The translations under genes and the position numbers were made by a program. A model generated the notes under the pieces. It was not told where the DNA came from and ran no database searches. It saw only the letters and a list, made by a program, of their open reading frames with translations. Positions 37,869 to 51,100 of a stretch of DNA of 64,000 bases are shown piece after piece (position 1 is the stretch's first letter; the number at the start of each line of letters is the position of its first letter). Source of the DNA: Rhynchopus sp. YZ270_cl-10 (Eukaryota); NCBI GenBank assembly GCA_964035575.1, contig OZ037845.1:992001-1056000 (forward strand). Reading direction: 5' to 3'.

Positions 37869-37945
37869 AGAACCCCTTCTTCATCGAAGCACCAAGATCA
37901 AGAACCCTCATTTCTCTCAACTTCAACTAGTTACAGTCAAGCAGA

Positions 37946-38554
37946 ATGGGAAGAGATACACAGACAGTGTTCGCAGGCTTGTGCGTAGTAGTGCTCGCCC
38001 TGGGCTGCAGCTTGGTGACTGGGTTAGAGGAGGCGTCTTTAGGCAATGTGGTGGACGGGCCTGTGATTGGGATTGACCTGGGGACAACGTACTCTGTGGT
38101 TGGGGTGTGGCAGCACGGACACGTGGAGATCATTGCAAACGAGATGGGGAACCGGATCACCCCGTCTGTGGTGGCGTTCACAGACACGGAGCGGCTGATT
38201 GGGGACGGGGCAAAGAACCAGATTTCGGAGAACCCCGCGAACAGCATCTACGCGGTGAAGCGGCTGATGGGGCGGAAGTTCTCGGACCCTGTGGTGCAGC
38301 AGGACCAGGCGCTGCTGTCGTACAACATCAGCGCCGGTGCGGACGGGGGTGCTGTGGTGTCGGTGGTGCACAAGGGGGTGACACGCAACTACACCGCGGA
38401 GGAGGTGTCTGCGATGATTCTGGGGCGCATGAAGGAGACGGCAGAGCGCTACCTGGGGGAGGCGGTGCACCACGCTGTGGTGACGGTGCCTGCGTACTTC
38501 AACGACGCACAGCGGCAGGCGACGAAGGACTCGGGGACGATCGCCGGACTGAAC

Positions 38555-38586
<32 letters not shown>

Positions 38587-39952
38587 GGCACTTGCCTACG
38601 GGCTTGACAAGAAGGCTGCAGGGGAGGAGGAGAAGAACGTGCTTGTGTTTGACCTGGGGGGCGGGACGTTTGACGTGTCGGTGCTGCAGATTGAGAGTGG
38701 GTTCTTCGAGGTGCTTGCGACGCACGGGAACACCCACCTCGGGGGGGAGGACTTCGACAACCGGATGGTAGCGCACTTTGCCAAGGTGGTGAAGAGCAAG
38801 TACGGGCGGGACGTGCTGCAGAGCCCGCGTGCACTGGCACGCCTGCGTGCGGCGTGCGAGTCTGCGAAGCGCCAGTTGTCTGCAGTGCCGGATGCACGTG
38901 TGGAGGTGGAGGGGCTGTTCGAGGGGGTCGACTTCTCGGAGAAGATGACGCGTGCGAAGTTTGAGGAGCTGAACAACGACCTGCTCAAGGGGACGCTGCA
39001 GCCTGTGCGGGCGGTGCTGGCAGACGCAGACCTGCGCAAGGCAGACATCGACGAGATTGTGCTGGTCGGGGGGTCGACGCGCATCCCGAAAATCCGGGCT
39101 CTGATCCGCGACTTCTTTGGGAAGGAGCCGAACACGGGGGTGAGTGCCGACGAGTCTGTGGCGTACGGGGCGGCTGTGCAGGGGGCGGTGCTGAGCGGGG
39201 TTTCGGAGGTTGCGGACAAGGTGCTGCTGGTGGACGTGATCCCGCTCTCGGTGGGAATTGAGACTGTAGGGGGTGTAATGACAAAGGTGCTGGACCGGAA
39301 CACGGCTGTCCCGGCCGAGCGGGCGCAGACGTTTTCGACCCACACGGACAACCAGCGCGGTGTGAACGTGAAGGTCTTTGAGGGGGAGCGGGCGATGGCA
39401 AAGGACTGCCGCCTCCTCGGGAGCTTCGAGCTGTCCGGGATTGCGCCTGCGGCGCGTGGGGTGCCGCAAATTGAGGTGTCATTCAACGTCGACCGCAACG
39501 GGATTCTGCTTGTGAGTGCGGAGGACAAGGCGAACAGCCAGCGGGAGAGTCTGACGATCAGCAGCGACCACGCACGACTGGATAAGGATGAGATTGCACG
39601 CATGGTTGAGGAGGCTGCGGGCCATGCCGAGGCTGACAAGCTTGTGCGAGAGCGTGTCGAGGCACGAAACCAGCTTGAGGGCACGGCGTACAGTCTCAAG
39701 GCGCAGGTTGGTGACGACGACAAGCTGGGTGCGAAGGTCGATGCCGACGATCGGGCTGCGATTGAGGCTGCTGTGGAGGCAGCGCTGGGTTGGCTTGACG
39801 AGAACCCTGCTGCCGAGCAGGACGAGCTTGCGGAGCAGCTGCAGCAGCTGCAGAGTGTCTCCAACCCAATCATTGAAAAGGTGTACCAGAACTCGGGTGG
39901 GTCGTCGTCTGTTCCGGAGGAGGAGTGGGATGGTGAGGAGGAAGACCTGTGA
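37946..39952 (+). CDS. BiP: ER Hsp70 chaperone BiP/GRP78
   Basis: Signal peptide; [35 protein letters not shown] and LVGGSTRIP motifs; C-terminal EEDL. Confidence 0.96.
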
Positions 39953-40851
39953 TGTCGTCTCCTGTGTTGTGCTGTGATGTGACGTCAGTACGTCGCGGCT
40001 TCTTGTTTTCATTCTTATTCCGTTTATTTTCCCTTGGATGTTTGTCCAGAGGGCTTGTTTTTTCCCCCTCGAGTTTTGTCATTCACATAAAGTGAACGAA
40101 CAACGATTTCACAAAAAATATATCAGACCACCAAACACCGTTTACTTATGCAAAAAGTCCCTCAGAGACACCAGATCGATTTTTTAATCGTGCGACGCCG
40201 CATTTGATTCCCTTTGGTATTCGTTTGCGGAATATTAAGATTGGCGGAATAGACTCTAACCAATAACAGGACAGTGTGTGGTGGAATGGCTGATGATTGT
40301 TTGCGCGCGTTGTATTGCCGCAGAACAATGACAAGGCGTGTCCTCTGGGCGCGAGTGCATCAGAAACAGAAAGAAATCTGTTTTCACAAAGCAAAAAGTG
40401 AAATCAATTCGAATAGTAAAACAGAATATTGAGAGAAGAGAATAGGACAAGCGAAAAGAAAGTGAACGAGGATGTTCGCTGTTCTGTCTAAATGTTGTCC
40501 TCTTTCCCTTCTTTATTTCTTCATTTTTTTCTGTCTGTGTGTTTTATTGACTTTTTTTTTTGGTTTGCATGAGCTCGACCGAGCCGCATTTTAACACGTT
40601 TCAACCACTCTTTGTCCCGTAAAGGCAGTTTCATTTTGCTTCTTTCTATCCCCGAAAGACTGGAAGAGCTTCAATAACTGTCTGTTGCACCGTGTAGACA
40701 TGTGGGGTATTTTTTTTCATGTGAATTGTTTCAGAACGCAGCACCTACTTTTTTTGTTTTGTTTTGACAATACACCCGAACCAGCGTACTTGTCTCTGGG
40801 GTGATGTGTTCCGTTTTTATTATTATTTCCCCCCTCTCCCTCTTTCAAACC

Positions 40852-41057
40852 ATTTCTTGCTTTCTTTTCGCTCTTGTTACTCAGCGAAAATATTACAGAA
40901 GATACGAATCATCGGTCTTCGTATGGCATACGCCAAAAAAAGAAACCTGTCCACTGCTGTGTTTTGATTTTTTTAATTGTGAGTTTTCCCCACAACCCTT
41001 CCAACACCACAAACCACTACCATCATCACCGCCACCACCAGGATATATTATTCTTCT
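40852..41057 (+). repeat. About 205-bp dispersed repeat, copy 2, upstream of the CEP44-like gene
   Basis: Near-identical to 37666-37868. Confidence 0.9.
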
Positions 41058-41294
41058 CCAGAACCCTGGCCCATTCGGCCCTCTTAAATTTGTCTTCACA
41101 GTTCCTGCGTCCACAGAGTGCTTTGCACGTTCAGTAACAATGTGTCAATTGACCTCCTTCCAATGATATGTACCACAACGAACGTTCACCTTCGTTGTGG
41201 TACATATTACATTCCGAGCTTTATGTTTATCAATATTTCTCCCTGCAGCCACCTATTAATACAAACCACAGAATTTACCATACTACACAAAACA

Positions 41295-44200
41295 ATGCCC
41301 ATGTCGCAAAGGGGCGAACGCAACATGGAGCGACTAATTGCATGCCTCCGTGCAAATGGCATGCGTGAATCTCTCGAAGGTGAACTCGACCGCAAAATGT
41401 ATGGTCATATTTTATCAACATACTTTGTTTTCACACCAAATGCTTTATCGAGAGGGGCGTGCACTTCCAACTTCTATTTCCTAAACACTGTGTTTAGGTT
41501 TTTAAGGTTGCTGGTCATCTCTCCCTACCCGTTTCCAACGTTTTTTCACACGTTATATTATAGGTTAGGAACGCGCGTTCATGTTTTTGAGGCGTTCAGG
41601 CGTTTGACGTGCGTTTGAAAAAACGAAAAGAGAAAAACAATAACTCCCGGGAAGCACCATTACTTCCATTTATTATTTACCTCCCCCGTGAAATTGTCTC
41701 CTTTGGTGCTTCCCGGGGGGTATGCATTTCACAAATTTTCAATTCAATTCACAACTTTTCACAACTATTCACAACTTTTCACCACCCTTTTTTCCTTCGT
41801 TGGTGAAGCTTTTAAATGCCGGCATTTGCATTTCCGGAATCCGTCCGGCCAGTGGTGGGGTCAATTTGCCGAAATGGACAAGTTCTCGTCATTTCCGCAC
41901 AGTGCACAGTACACAGGTACAACACACCACGTTCTATCTTGTGAATCCCAGCATACCCCTCAATGGGTGGGTCACCACCCAACCCAAAAAAAACTCAAAT
42001 CAATTCACAACTTTTCACAACTTTTCACAATTTTTCACCATTTTTCACCATTTTTCACCAGCCTTCACAATTTTATAGCGGTTTTCGTGTTGTGAAAACT
42101 TGTGAAAACTTGTCACATTTTGTGAAAATTTGTGAAATGCATACCCCCCGGGAAGCACCATCCTTGCAAGGAGCTGTGTGGTTTGCCGGTGTCTCAATGG
42201 AGGAGAAGGAGGCGGGGTACTTTATAACACGCATTGCAAGGTTCGCAGCCCAGAGAAGACGCACGGGTATTGGAGGTTACCCCGCGGGACTCTGTACTTT
42301 AATGTTGTACAGACTGAATAATAGGCGTAACAATAAATCGAAAACGTGAATAATAGGCGTACCCAAAAATGTGCTCACCCTTTCTTCTTGTTCAGGATAA
42401 CCGATGGAGACCCGCGCCCATTCGACTTCATCCTGCGGTTGATAGTGTGCGCCATGTCCTCCCGTGTCCTTGAGGAGCTGTACCTTCATCGTATGTCCAT
42501 TTATCCACTCCTCTTTTGAAGATTCGTAAGCTTCTGCAGAGTCTCGTATGCGAGAATTATGTGAGGATTTGGGATGAGAAATATACTTGGGGAAACAATG
42601 CCAGTGGTAGCTAAATGGAAAGAAATCCAATTTGAATAAGCTTTTCATACTCATTTCCTTTCCCTTCCCTTTCCATGATACATTATATTACAGATGAATG
42701 GTTTCTTGTCACAAAAGACAATAAAGAGTTTGCGGAGATGGTGTGGCGTGTGCTAAAGCACGAGTACAGCTATATGCCGCACCTCTCGCATGAGCAGTTC
42801 TGCGCAAAGGGGTTCTCGGAGATGAAGGTGACGATGCTGGTGGATCTGTTGCGCCTGGTGGAAACACATCACAACCGCCTTGTTGATGCTGAGGTTGACG
42901 CGGCTATGTACAAGGAGAAGAAGAAGAAGTGGCTTGCGGGCAGCAGTACTGCCGATCACGATGAAGTGCGCGTGCGCACTCGCAAGATCACACTCTGCCT
43001 CGATGAGGACATCTGCGACGAGAGCACAGTGCTGTCCGACATCCCTCCAGCGACCCAGCCTCCCGGGAGACCCATATACAGAAAGCCCGTTCCCACCGCT
43101 GCAGACCCTGTGAAATCACCGAGGACGCTTCTCGGTGGGCGCGTGGTGGGCGCAAACGAAGTGGAAGACGACATCGACGACCCAGTGCTCGAGTGCGCAA
43201 GGGAGGACCACCCCAGATACGACGAGTCCGTGCAGGCGGGGCCCCTCATCTTCAAGCGGGGCTTCGCCATCCCCGACACCCGGGTCGCCTTCGTCGCCTG
43301 CGCCGATGGCATGCCTCTTATGACGACAACCAACAAACATCCCCCACACGCGAAGTTCTCCGACTCTCACGCACAGCTCGCCTTCAGCTATGGCAGTGCC
43401 CCGCACAGCGTGTTTGATGCAAACGAACCGTGTGTCATCACGTCACCGCCGAATGAGCCCCACAAAGACTCAATTCGCTATGTCAAGAAGTTCCCCGTCA
43501 TTCTCGAGCGTGCGCTCATAAAACGTATCAGGAAGGTTGCCCCCTGCACGTGCCCGCTGGAAAGGTCAGAGATGGAACAGCTCTTCGCCAAACACTTCCG
43601 CCCTCCTCCTTCTGAGGACACACAAGCACCACGCAGCTACTGGGCGGAGCGTTCCCGCATCATGGACAAACTCAAAAAGCAGCTCAGCCAGCGCTACCCC
43701 GAGCACAGACTTGTCTTCAGTGAAGAGCCGCAGTACTCATCTGCACACGACAGTGGCGGTGAAGAGCCTCAGGAGGCGGAGGGGGCCTTGACAATGACAC
43801 TCAGCTCTAAGGCAATGACAAAAATTGAGCGGCGTGACTGCAAAACCTACGTGGTCCCTGGCATGGAGTACGTCCACCCTCCGGTTGCGTCGGAGTTGCA
43901 GCAGTCCCTGAGCGAGAGCATGGTCTCACTGGATGGGGATTGGTTTGGCACTCGCGATGTTGTTGATGCTGCGACCGAAACGGACCTGATTGAACTGCGG
44001 GAGGTGGACTCCGGACTGCGGAGTGATGTGGACAAGCTCAGCACACAGATCACCGCAATGCAGCGCAGCCTGTCGGAGCAGCTGCTCTCTGTCAGCAGTG
44101 ACCTGCAGAACATTCATGGTTTGATCGATGGTGGACCTTCGCGTTCCTTCCAATCCACTGCAGACTTAGGTGCGAGCGCACAGCTTTCCAGCAGCTCCTC

Positions 44201-44330
44201 ACAGGCCCCCATCCGGAAGAGGAACAAAAAAGCAGTCGACCCCTTCCCAATGGCATCTTTACGCGCAGCAAGGACACTGGCAGCACCGCCTATGCCGAAG
44301 TGGTTTAACCCTGTCAACCCCGTTGGATGA
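41295..44330 (+). CDS. CEP44: CEP44-domain centriole/basal-body protein, spliced (probable exon 1 41295-41398, last exon 42694-44330, middle exon(s) unresolved)
   Basis: LVTKDNKEFAEMVWRVLKHEYSYMPHLSHEQFCAKGFSEMKVTMLVDLL matches the CEP44 domain pattern; acceptor TTACAG at 42693; donor GTATGG at 41399. The phases require an extra exon. Confidence 0.68.
41704..42160. mobile_element. 457-bp MITE, perfect 38-bp TIRs, 5-bp TSD TCCTT
   Basis: TGGTGCTTCCCGGGGGGTATGCATTTCACAAATTTTCA at 41704-41741 and its reverse complement at 42123-42160; TCCTT on both sides; internal TTCACAA arrays. Confidence 0.95.
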
Positions 44331-47300
44331 TGGGAAAGGTCAAGGTCATTTTTTTCGGCTTTTCGACCTTGTCTTTGGTTTACGGGTTGAAAAGAGCGAA
44401 CAGAACTGCGCCAGAATGCTACTCTTCCTCTTTCTCTTCTTTTTTGAAGGTGACTAAGCATGAGAGAGGCTTAGGGTCATCTTTATACACTTTTCTTTTT
44501 CTCACTCATATGCTTGTCTAGCTTTATCTCATCACACCCTCATATCTTTATATGGGGGTATAGTTCATGTAAGGGTGTATCCACCTTTCACCTTTCCTTC
44601 TTGTTGTCTTCCACGGAGGTACAGAGTGCACCCAAGGATCTTATCCAATGGTGTTCAAAAAAAAACAATAGCAAACCTCTCATCTCATATCTCAATTCGG
44701 GCATCTTTTTCTCAAGAAAACAAAGGCAGCTGAATCTGCGATCGTGCAGCAAGGTGTTTTTCAAAGCACCTCCCCGTATGTTAAAGCTCTTATCTGGTGC
44801 ATTTACAGCAGATCCCCTTGGCTTGCGTGCAGGGTAAAAATATGGGAAAAGAGAAATCATGCTTTTGTTCTCCCTATTTGATTTTCCCCCCACGCCTTTC
44901 AACTTTCTGTGTTTTGTGCACTTTTTTTTTGAAATGAGTGACCTGTATGCTCAATTCAGCAGGCCCTTTTCTCTCTTGAGGCGTGTTCAGGGCCCTCAAC
45001 GTGTCGAAGTTAAGCCTTAACTTCGACAACTTTTTTATTTTGGTTTTTTTGGCTTTTGGTTACCAACTTTTGTTTGATTTTGAAGAACGAAAAGAACAAA
45101 CCATTTTTCCTTTTTTTTTTTCCTTTTTTCCTTTTTCTACACGAGTAGGTGATTTGCCCTGTGTTGCTACTGCTGGAGATGTCCAACTTCAAGAACAGTA
45201 TGTTACAACACAGTTTACAGACTAGTTGTGATTGCCTCAGCAAATCAGGATTTGTCATTTAGAGGAACAGCCTTTTCAAAAAAAGCTACTTTCCAGAGTT
45301 GAAAACGACTTTCGTTTAGATCTTTTAAGTACAGCAGCCTTCAGGCAATATTGAGTACAGATCCTGTTGACACAACCAAAAAAAAATACTTCTCTGCAAT
45401 TTTCCACTACCTGTGATATCTCAGATCATGAGAATATATCTTCATGTGACCTTCGCGGTAGTTGTTCGGTGGCAGAGCTGAATGACATTTTTTTTTATTG
45501 AGCATCAAAATAAAGTGACGTGAGATAGATAAACCGTCTCTGCAGTTCTTGCATGGTACTCACGTACACTCTGATGCTTTTCGTTTGTTTTATTTTTCTT
45601 TTTTCTATTTTTTGAAATGTTTGAAATGTGCACAGGGTTTCAAACTTTGTTTTGTAAGCATAATCCTAAAAACGCAATAAAAGCGATTTCTAGTCCAAAA
45701 TTATTCAGTAAAGGATTGTCCAAACGAGCACAACAACGACAACAACTGCAAAGAAAATGCACAGTAATCACAACTAGAAAAAAAAAAAAGTATCACCGTA
45801 GATCCCCATATCTACACTCTACCGAGGAGGTGTGCTGTCTATTTATTTCAATTACCAGTTACACAGACCAACACGACCACTTTGGTATAAGGCAACACAC
45901 AGCCCCTTTGTGACAGTTTTAAAAGTACCACCTTTCCCCCTCCCAAAAGAAGATTCGTCAAAGTTCCCCTCACCCCATCACTACTTTTTTGGGGTACTCT
46001 TTCCCACCAGTCAGGCGACGTGCTTTGGGGTGATGGACGCGATCGGGCATTATTCTGATTTTATTAGAGTAGTGTATTGCTATGATGCAAGCAGGGGTTC
46101 AACGAGTGGCAGGGTGATGTTCTCTTTTGCCCTTTGCATTAGCATCCAGGGCAGTGGGTGTCTGTTGCGGTGTTGTCTGTCGGTTCTTCTAGGTGTAGTT
46201 TAATGGTGCGGTGCGCAGGCTTCTGACGGCTGGGGGGAAGAAATGAGAGTGAGGAGGGGGTGGGAGGACAGCAAAGTGGAGACACCGTTCATGGCGAATC
46301 ATCCCACTCTGGAGAGTTACCCAAACACTGATTTTGATGGAGGTGCAAGGTGTACGGGGTGGGGCAGGGTGTCGGGGAGACTATACACGTGTGGTAGTGT
46401 CACACACCGTGCAGAGAAAGGGGAGGAGTCTTTATGAAGGTCTGGTTTTGTGTGCGCTCGAAGCAGGTGTGGTGGTTAAGAGCGGAACAGCGCAGTCTGT
46501 GTTCTCTGTATGAGGTTTAAGGAGCAGTGCGGTGAGTGTGGATTGAGCCATTGTGGATGAGTATCAGTGGGGTGGGGTGGGTGGGGGTGGGGAAGTCTTT
46601 ACCCCGTCAGGGAAGGGAAGGATGTGGCGGCTCCTCTTTGGAAAAGAGTTGGACCTGACCAGCCCGAATCCCCCTTTGCACACAGTGTAAGGGTGGTGGA
46701 ATACGGAATGGTGGTGTCCTGAGAGCTTGGTGTATGGTGACTGGCCACTTGTGATGTTAGGCTTGGGAGATGGGGGGGATGGGGAGTGGGTCTTGACGTA
46801 GGTGCTGAGGATTGATGGAGAGGGGTGGGATGCTTCCTCATTAATGTTCGGTCAAACGAGCAGAAATGATAGCGGATTCTTGGGGGTAATAGGCCTATTT
46901 TTTTGTGATGCGCTGCTGCTGTGCCCGAGGAGGCGAGGGGCGAGGGGGTTGAGGTGGGAACGTCATACGCAGACAGCAGCGAGGTGCGAAGCGGAGCTGT
47001 TCATATCTTAGTTATCTGTGTGGCTCTTGCGTCTTACGATGGGTGGGGTGGGTGGGGTAGGGGGTCTCTGGTGAGTAGCATGTGCGTTTGCTGTCAGGTG
47101 GGGTGTCAGGTGGTTCTTCCACGTGTACCTTTTCCGCCTGATCTCAACGAACTGCTCTCTCCCGAAAGCAGCGAAGCCCGTTGGATGCTGCGACGCTGAC
47201 TTCTTATTGCTCGGGGGTGCCGGGTAATATGCTTCCTTTTGTTGTGCAGCTTTGCGCTGGTGTTGTGCTTTTAGTTGTGCATATGTTGAGGTGTACGCGA

Positions 47301-48196
47301 AACTTCACTTTTTATTTGTGCTTTCCCGTTGAGCAACGCTCATCAACAGGCGCGATGTGTGAGACATTTGTGACATTGTGAGCACGCGTGCTCGCCCAAC
47401 ACTTCTTTGCCCACCAAACTTCGTTTATTCGTGGTTTCGTGGTCCTGGGGGAGGAGTGGCAGGGGCAGGGGTGGGGTGGGGTGGGGTACCTCAATCTGTG
47501 GTTGCCGATTTTTTTCCTTCTTCATGGTGTGGCTGAAAGGGGGTGCTATTTTTGTGTTATTTTCTGCTATTTTGGGGTCGTCGGCCACTCCAACTTCAGA
47601 TTTTATTCTGAAGGATTAAGCTGGGAAGTACGCACTTGTTATCTGGATGGGTTTCAGAACGAATCCCATTCCTGGCTCAACTTTTATTCTGCCTCAGATC
47701 GCCCTGATCTTCCGATAAGGCTGTTCGTGGGGGGGAAGCCACCATATGGGGCAAAGGGGCAAAGGGGTAATGGGGTTCTTGTGGTTCACAGAGAATGCAG
47801 TTTCTTGCGACTCTGTTTGAGAGGTGCAGTGCCGAAGCCAGAACCGTCAAGGTACTGGACTCTGCCGCTAATGGGGACCAGTAACTCCGAGTTCGGTACC
47901 CACGGAGGGATGAGGTTCGGCGAGACGGTTTTGCTGCAACGCTAACAAAGTGCCAAAGTGCATGCTGATGGGATTTTTCAAAGAGGGGGCACCATCCACT
48001 CTCTCCCCTCGCTGTGCTTCACACTGCTGTTCGTTTCCCCCCCCCCCCCCCCCTGATTTTTTTTTTTATCTTGTAGTGTGTTTTTGTTTGCCCAAGGCTT
48101 TTTCCCCCCCTCCGCTCACTTGCCTTGTTTTTTTGTTTGTAATGTGATGATCCCTTTTATCCGACACATTTTTGAATAACACGCTCCTTATTTTTG

Positions 48197-51100
48197 ATGA
48201 CGACACTAGCGAGTCCTGTGGATGCGAAGTGGTGGCCGTACTTTGAGTCGGTGGCAGGCAGTGCGAGGGTGAAGCGGAGTGCGCCCACACATGAGGAGGT
48301 CACGCCGCCCACGGACGAGGTGCCAGAGCACTGTGCGGTGGTGGTGTGGCGTGACCAGCACCTCTTCGCTGTGTGCAGAGGCAAGCTCTTCTGCCTACGC
48401 CTTGAAGCTGCAGGCGACAATCCCATCACCGGCTGGACCTGCGCACAGGTCCAAGGCACAGGCCCCACAGCAGTCCTCGCTGCTGCCACCCTCTTCGGCG
48501 CAAAGCTCATCATCCACGGTGGACTCGAATCATCCGAGATGACCGGCGCCATGCACATGACATCCCTCAATCCCTACGAACGGCGCTGGGTCAAAGTCTA
48601 CCAGCAGCACACCGCAGAGGAGACAGCGCTCCCAACCCCCGTCTGCCAGCACACTCTCTCACTGTGGAAGGCAAAGCGGAAGTTGATTCTGCACGGTGGT
48701 GCGGCAACGCTGTCCCCCAAGCTGGAGCTGACCGACCAGACGTGGCTCTTCGACCTGGACACACAGGTGTGGACGGAGCTGCCCCGCTCTGGCACAGGGC
48801 GCGCAGGACACACCGCAGCCGTACTGCATGGGAGCATGATCGTCGCAGGAGGCATAGAGGAGTGTGGGGCGCTGTCCTGGCTCGTCTCCGTCTTCATCCT
48901 CGAGAGTAAAGTGTGGCGGGTGATTACAAAGCCCGAGTCGCCCCTCTTCCAAGACATGCTGCTGTCGCCGATGTGCATTGACATCCCCGGCAAGGCGGTG
49001 TGGTGGTCGGGCGGCGCAAAGCTTGACCTCAGCAACATCTCCACGAAGACGGCATGGCGTCTCTGCAGCACAGCCACGCTGCCGCGCATAGAGGCGAAGT
49101 GCCCGTGGGCAGCGTCGGCAGCGTCCGGTATCATCTACTACGTGGTGGACAATTGTCTGTGGCTCTTCCATCGTGGCACGTGGGAGACAGTCACGTTGCA
49201 ACACAACCACAACATCTGCGACGAGGCTGATGACGTGCCTGAGGAGCTTGTTCAGGTGCAGTCGCCGCTCACACCCTCGAGGCCTAAAGCTCTCCCACAA
49301 CAGCAGCCCACAACACCTAAGGAGAAGGAGCCGCTCCACTTCTTGCCCGTAGGGTACAGCGGTCCACAAGCAGCACCACCCCTGTTGCCACGCCCACTGA
49401 CTCTGCCCGCCCGACAGCGCACAGGTCCAAGATTGTCGACACCCCCTCTTGACTGGGCGAAGGAGGCTAGTGTCATCAAAACGGTGCTAAAGACATCACG
49501 CACAAAGCGCGTCCACATGCAAAAAGGCAGTTCAACTGTCGAAAAGGAGATAGCAGCGAACCTGTCAGGGTGCAGCCCCAAGGCTGTGGCAAGCATCATG
49601 CAGCTGAAGGCAGATGCGCACGTGCTGGACCTGTCATCAATGAAGCTGACGAGTGCAGACTACTTCCTCATCTACATTGCCCTGAGGCGCCACCCTTCCA
49701 TTCAGAAGGTCGATTGCTCAAATGTATCCAAGGTAGACGATATCTCTGCACGTGCTGTTGTCGGCACGTTGACGGAGAACCCACGCATCACCAAATGGCT
49801 TTTTGATAATGTTGAGTTTGAGTCTGTTTCCTCGAAGAGAGCTATCCTTGCGCACACCCAGGGCAACATGCATGTGGAAAGTGGGAGGCTTCACGGCCAA
49901 CACAGTGGCGTCATCCAGACACGACGGTATAGGGCACTGCAGCAGGAGCGACGGCGTCGGGAGGGCCAGTTTGCTCGGGTGCGGGAACGCGTGCTGCAGG
50001 AGCTCAGTGGCGAGCAGGAACGTCTCTCCATAGAACAGAGCGAAGGGCGTCTGCGTCTGCGTCTTGCCAAGGATGCTGCGTGCGAGATCCTTGCGGAGCA
50101 GCAGCGCAAGGACAAGCTCCTAATCGCCCTCTTGCAGGCACACTCCGAGGCACAGGCACAGAGCCGTCTCAACTTTACCGACGACGAAAGCGACGTGCGC
50201 AGCGAAGCAGAAAAGCTCTTCATGCAGGACTACCGACAAATGTGTCAGGACGAGCTCACCGAACGTCGTGCACTTGAAGAGGTGCTTGCCGAACGCGCCA
50301 AGGTGCACCGTGCTGAGCGCGAAGCCATCTCCATCAAGGAAAAGGACGAACGTTCATACGTCAAGGACGACCATGACAAAGGGCTGAAGGCTCTCCGTGT
50401 GGAGATGGCCTCTGTCATCCAGAAGCAGCGTGAACTCGAGAGACTCATCCGACAGCAGATCGAAGAGGAGGAGCGCCGCAAGCGAGACGAAGAGACACGG
50501 CGTCGCCAGGAAGCAGAGAAGAAGAAACGCTTGGAAGCCGAGGCAGAGATGAAGCGCTGTGCGCAGGTGTCAGAGCTGTCGTGGCGGGAGATTACCAGTC
50601 GCGAGAAGGTCGAGACTGCTGCAACACGCGAACTCAATCACCTCAAAACCGATGAGTGGGACGTCATGTACAAACACGCCCTCCACCAGCAACTCATTGG
50701 CAACGCTGAGCGCGAACTCCACAAGCTCGAGTCCGAACCCCCTACGTTCTCGCTCTCGGACACGACATCGCACGCCATCTACGTCTGCTCAGGCGCTTCG
50801 ACAGTGGTGAACAGACCGCTTGCGGGGGTCTCGGTTGTGACGAATGTGCCTGTGCCCGAACATATGCATGCAGGCGTGATCTACCCACACAACACGGAGA
50901 CGCTGCAGGACATCATCGTGCGGCGGAGCGAGGTGGAGGCGGCGGTGGTGTTGTTGTATATCTTGCCGCAGGAGCTGACTGCGGAGGGGGCTGCGTCTAT
51001 ACAGCTCAGCATGGACACACCGTGTGCATCGGTGTTGCGGAATGCATTCTCCGTTGAGGGTGGGGCTGTATACCAGGGTGGACGGAGTGTCGCGTCGTTC

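Noticed and set aside
38039..39873. Long antisense ORFs over BiP (and similar ones over the 48-55 kb gene and the GSTs)
   Set aside because: Shadow ORFs from GC-rich codon bias.
42277..42654. 125-aa minus-strand ORF in the CEP44-like intron
   Set aside because: No recognisable motif; may be TE debris.
44500..47950. Possible decayed retroelement in the G-rich intergenic stretch
   Set aside because: Strand-skewed composition, but no RT, endonuclease or terminal motif that I could recognise.
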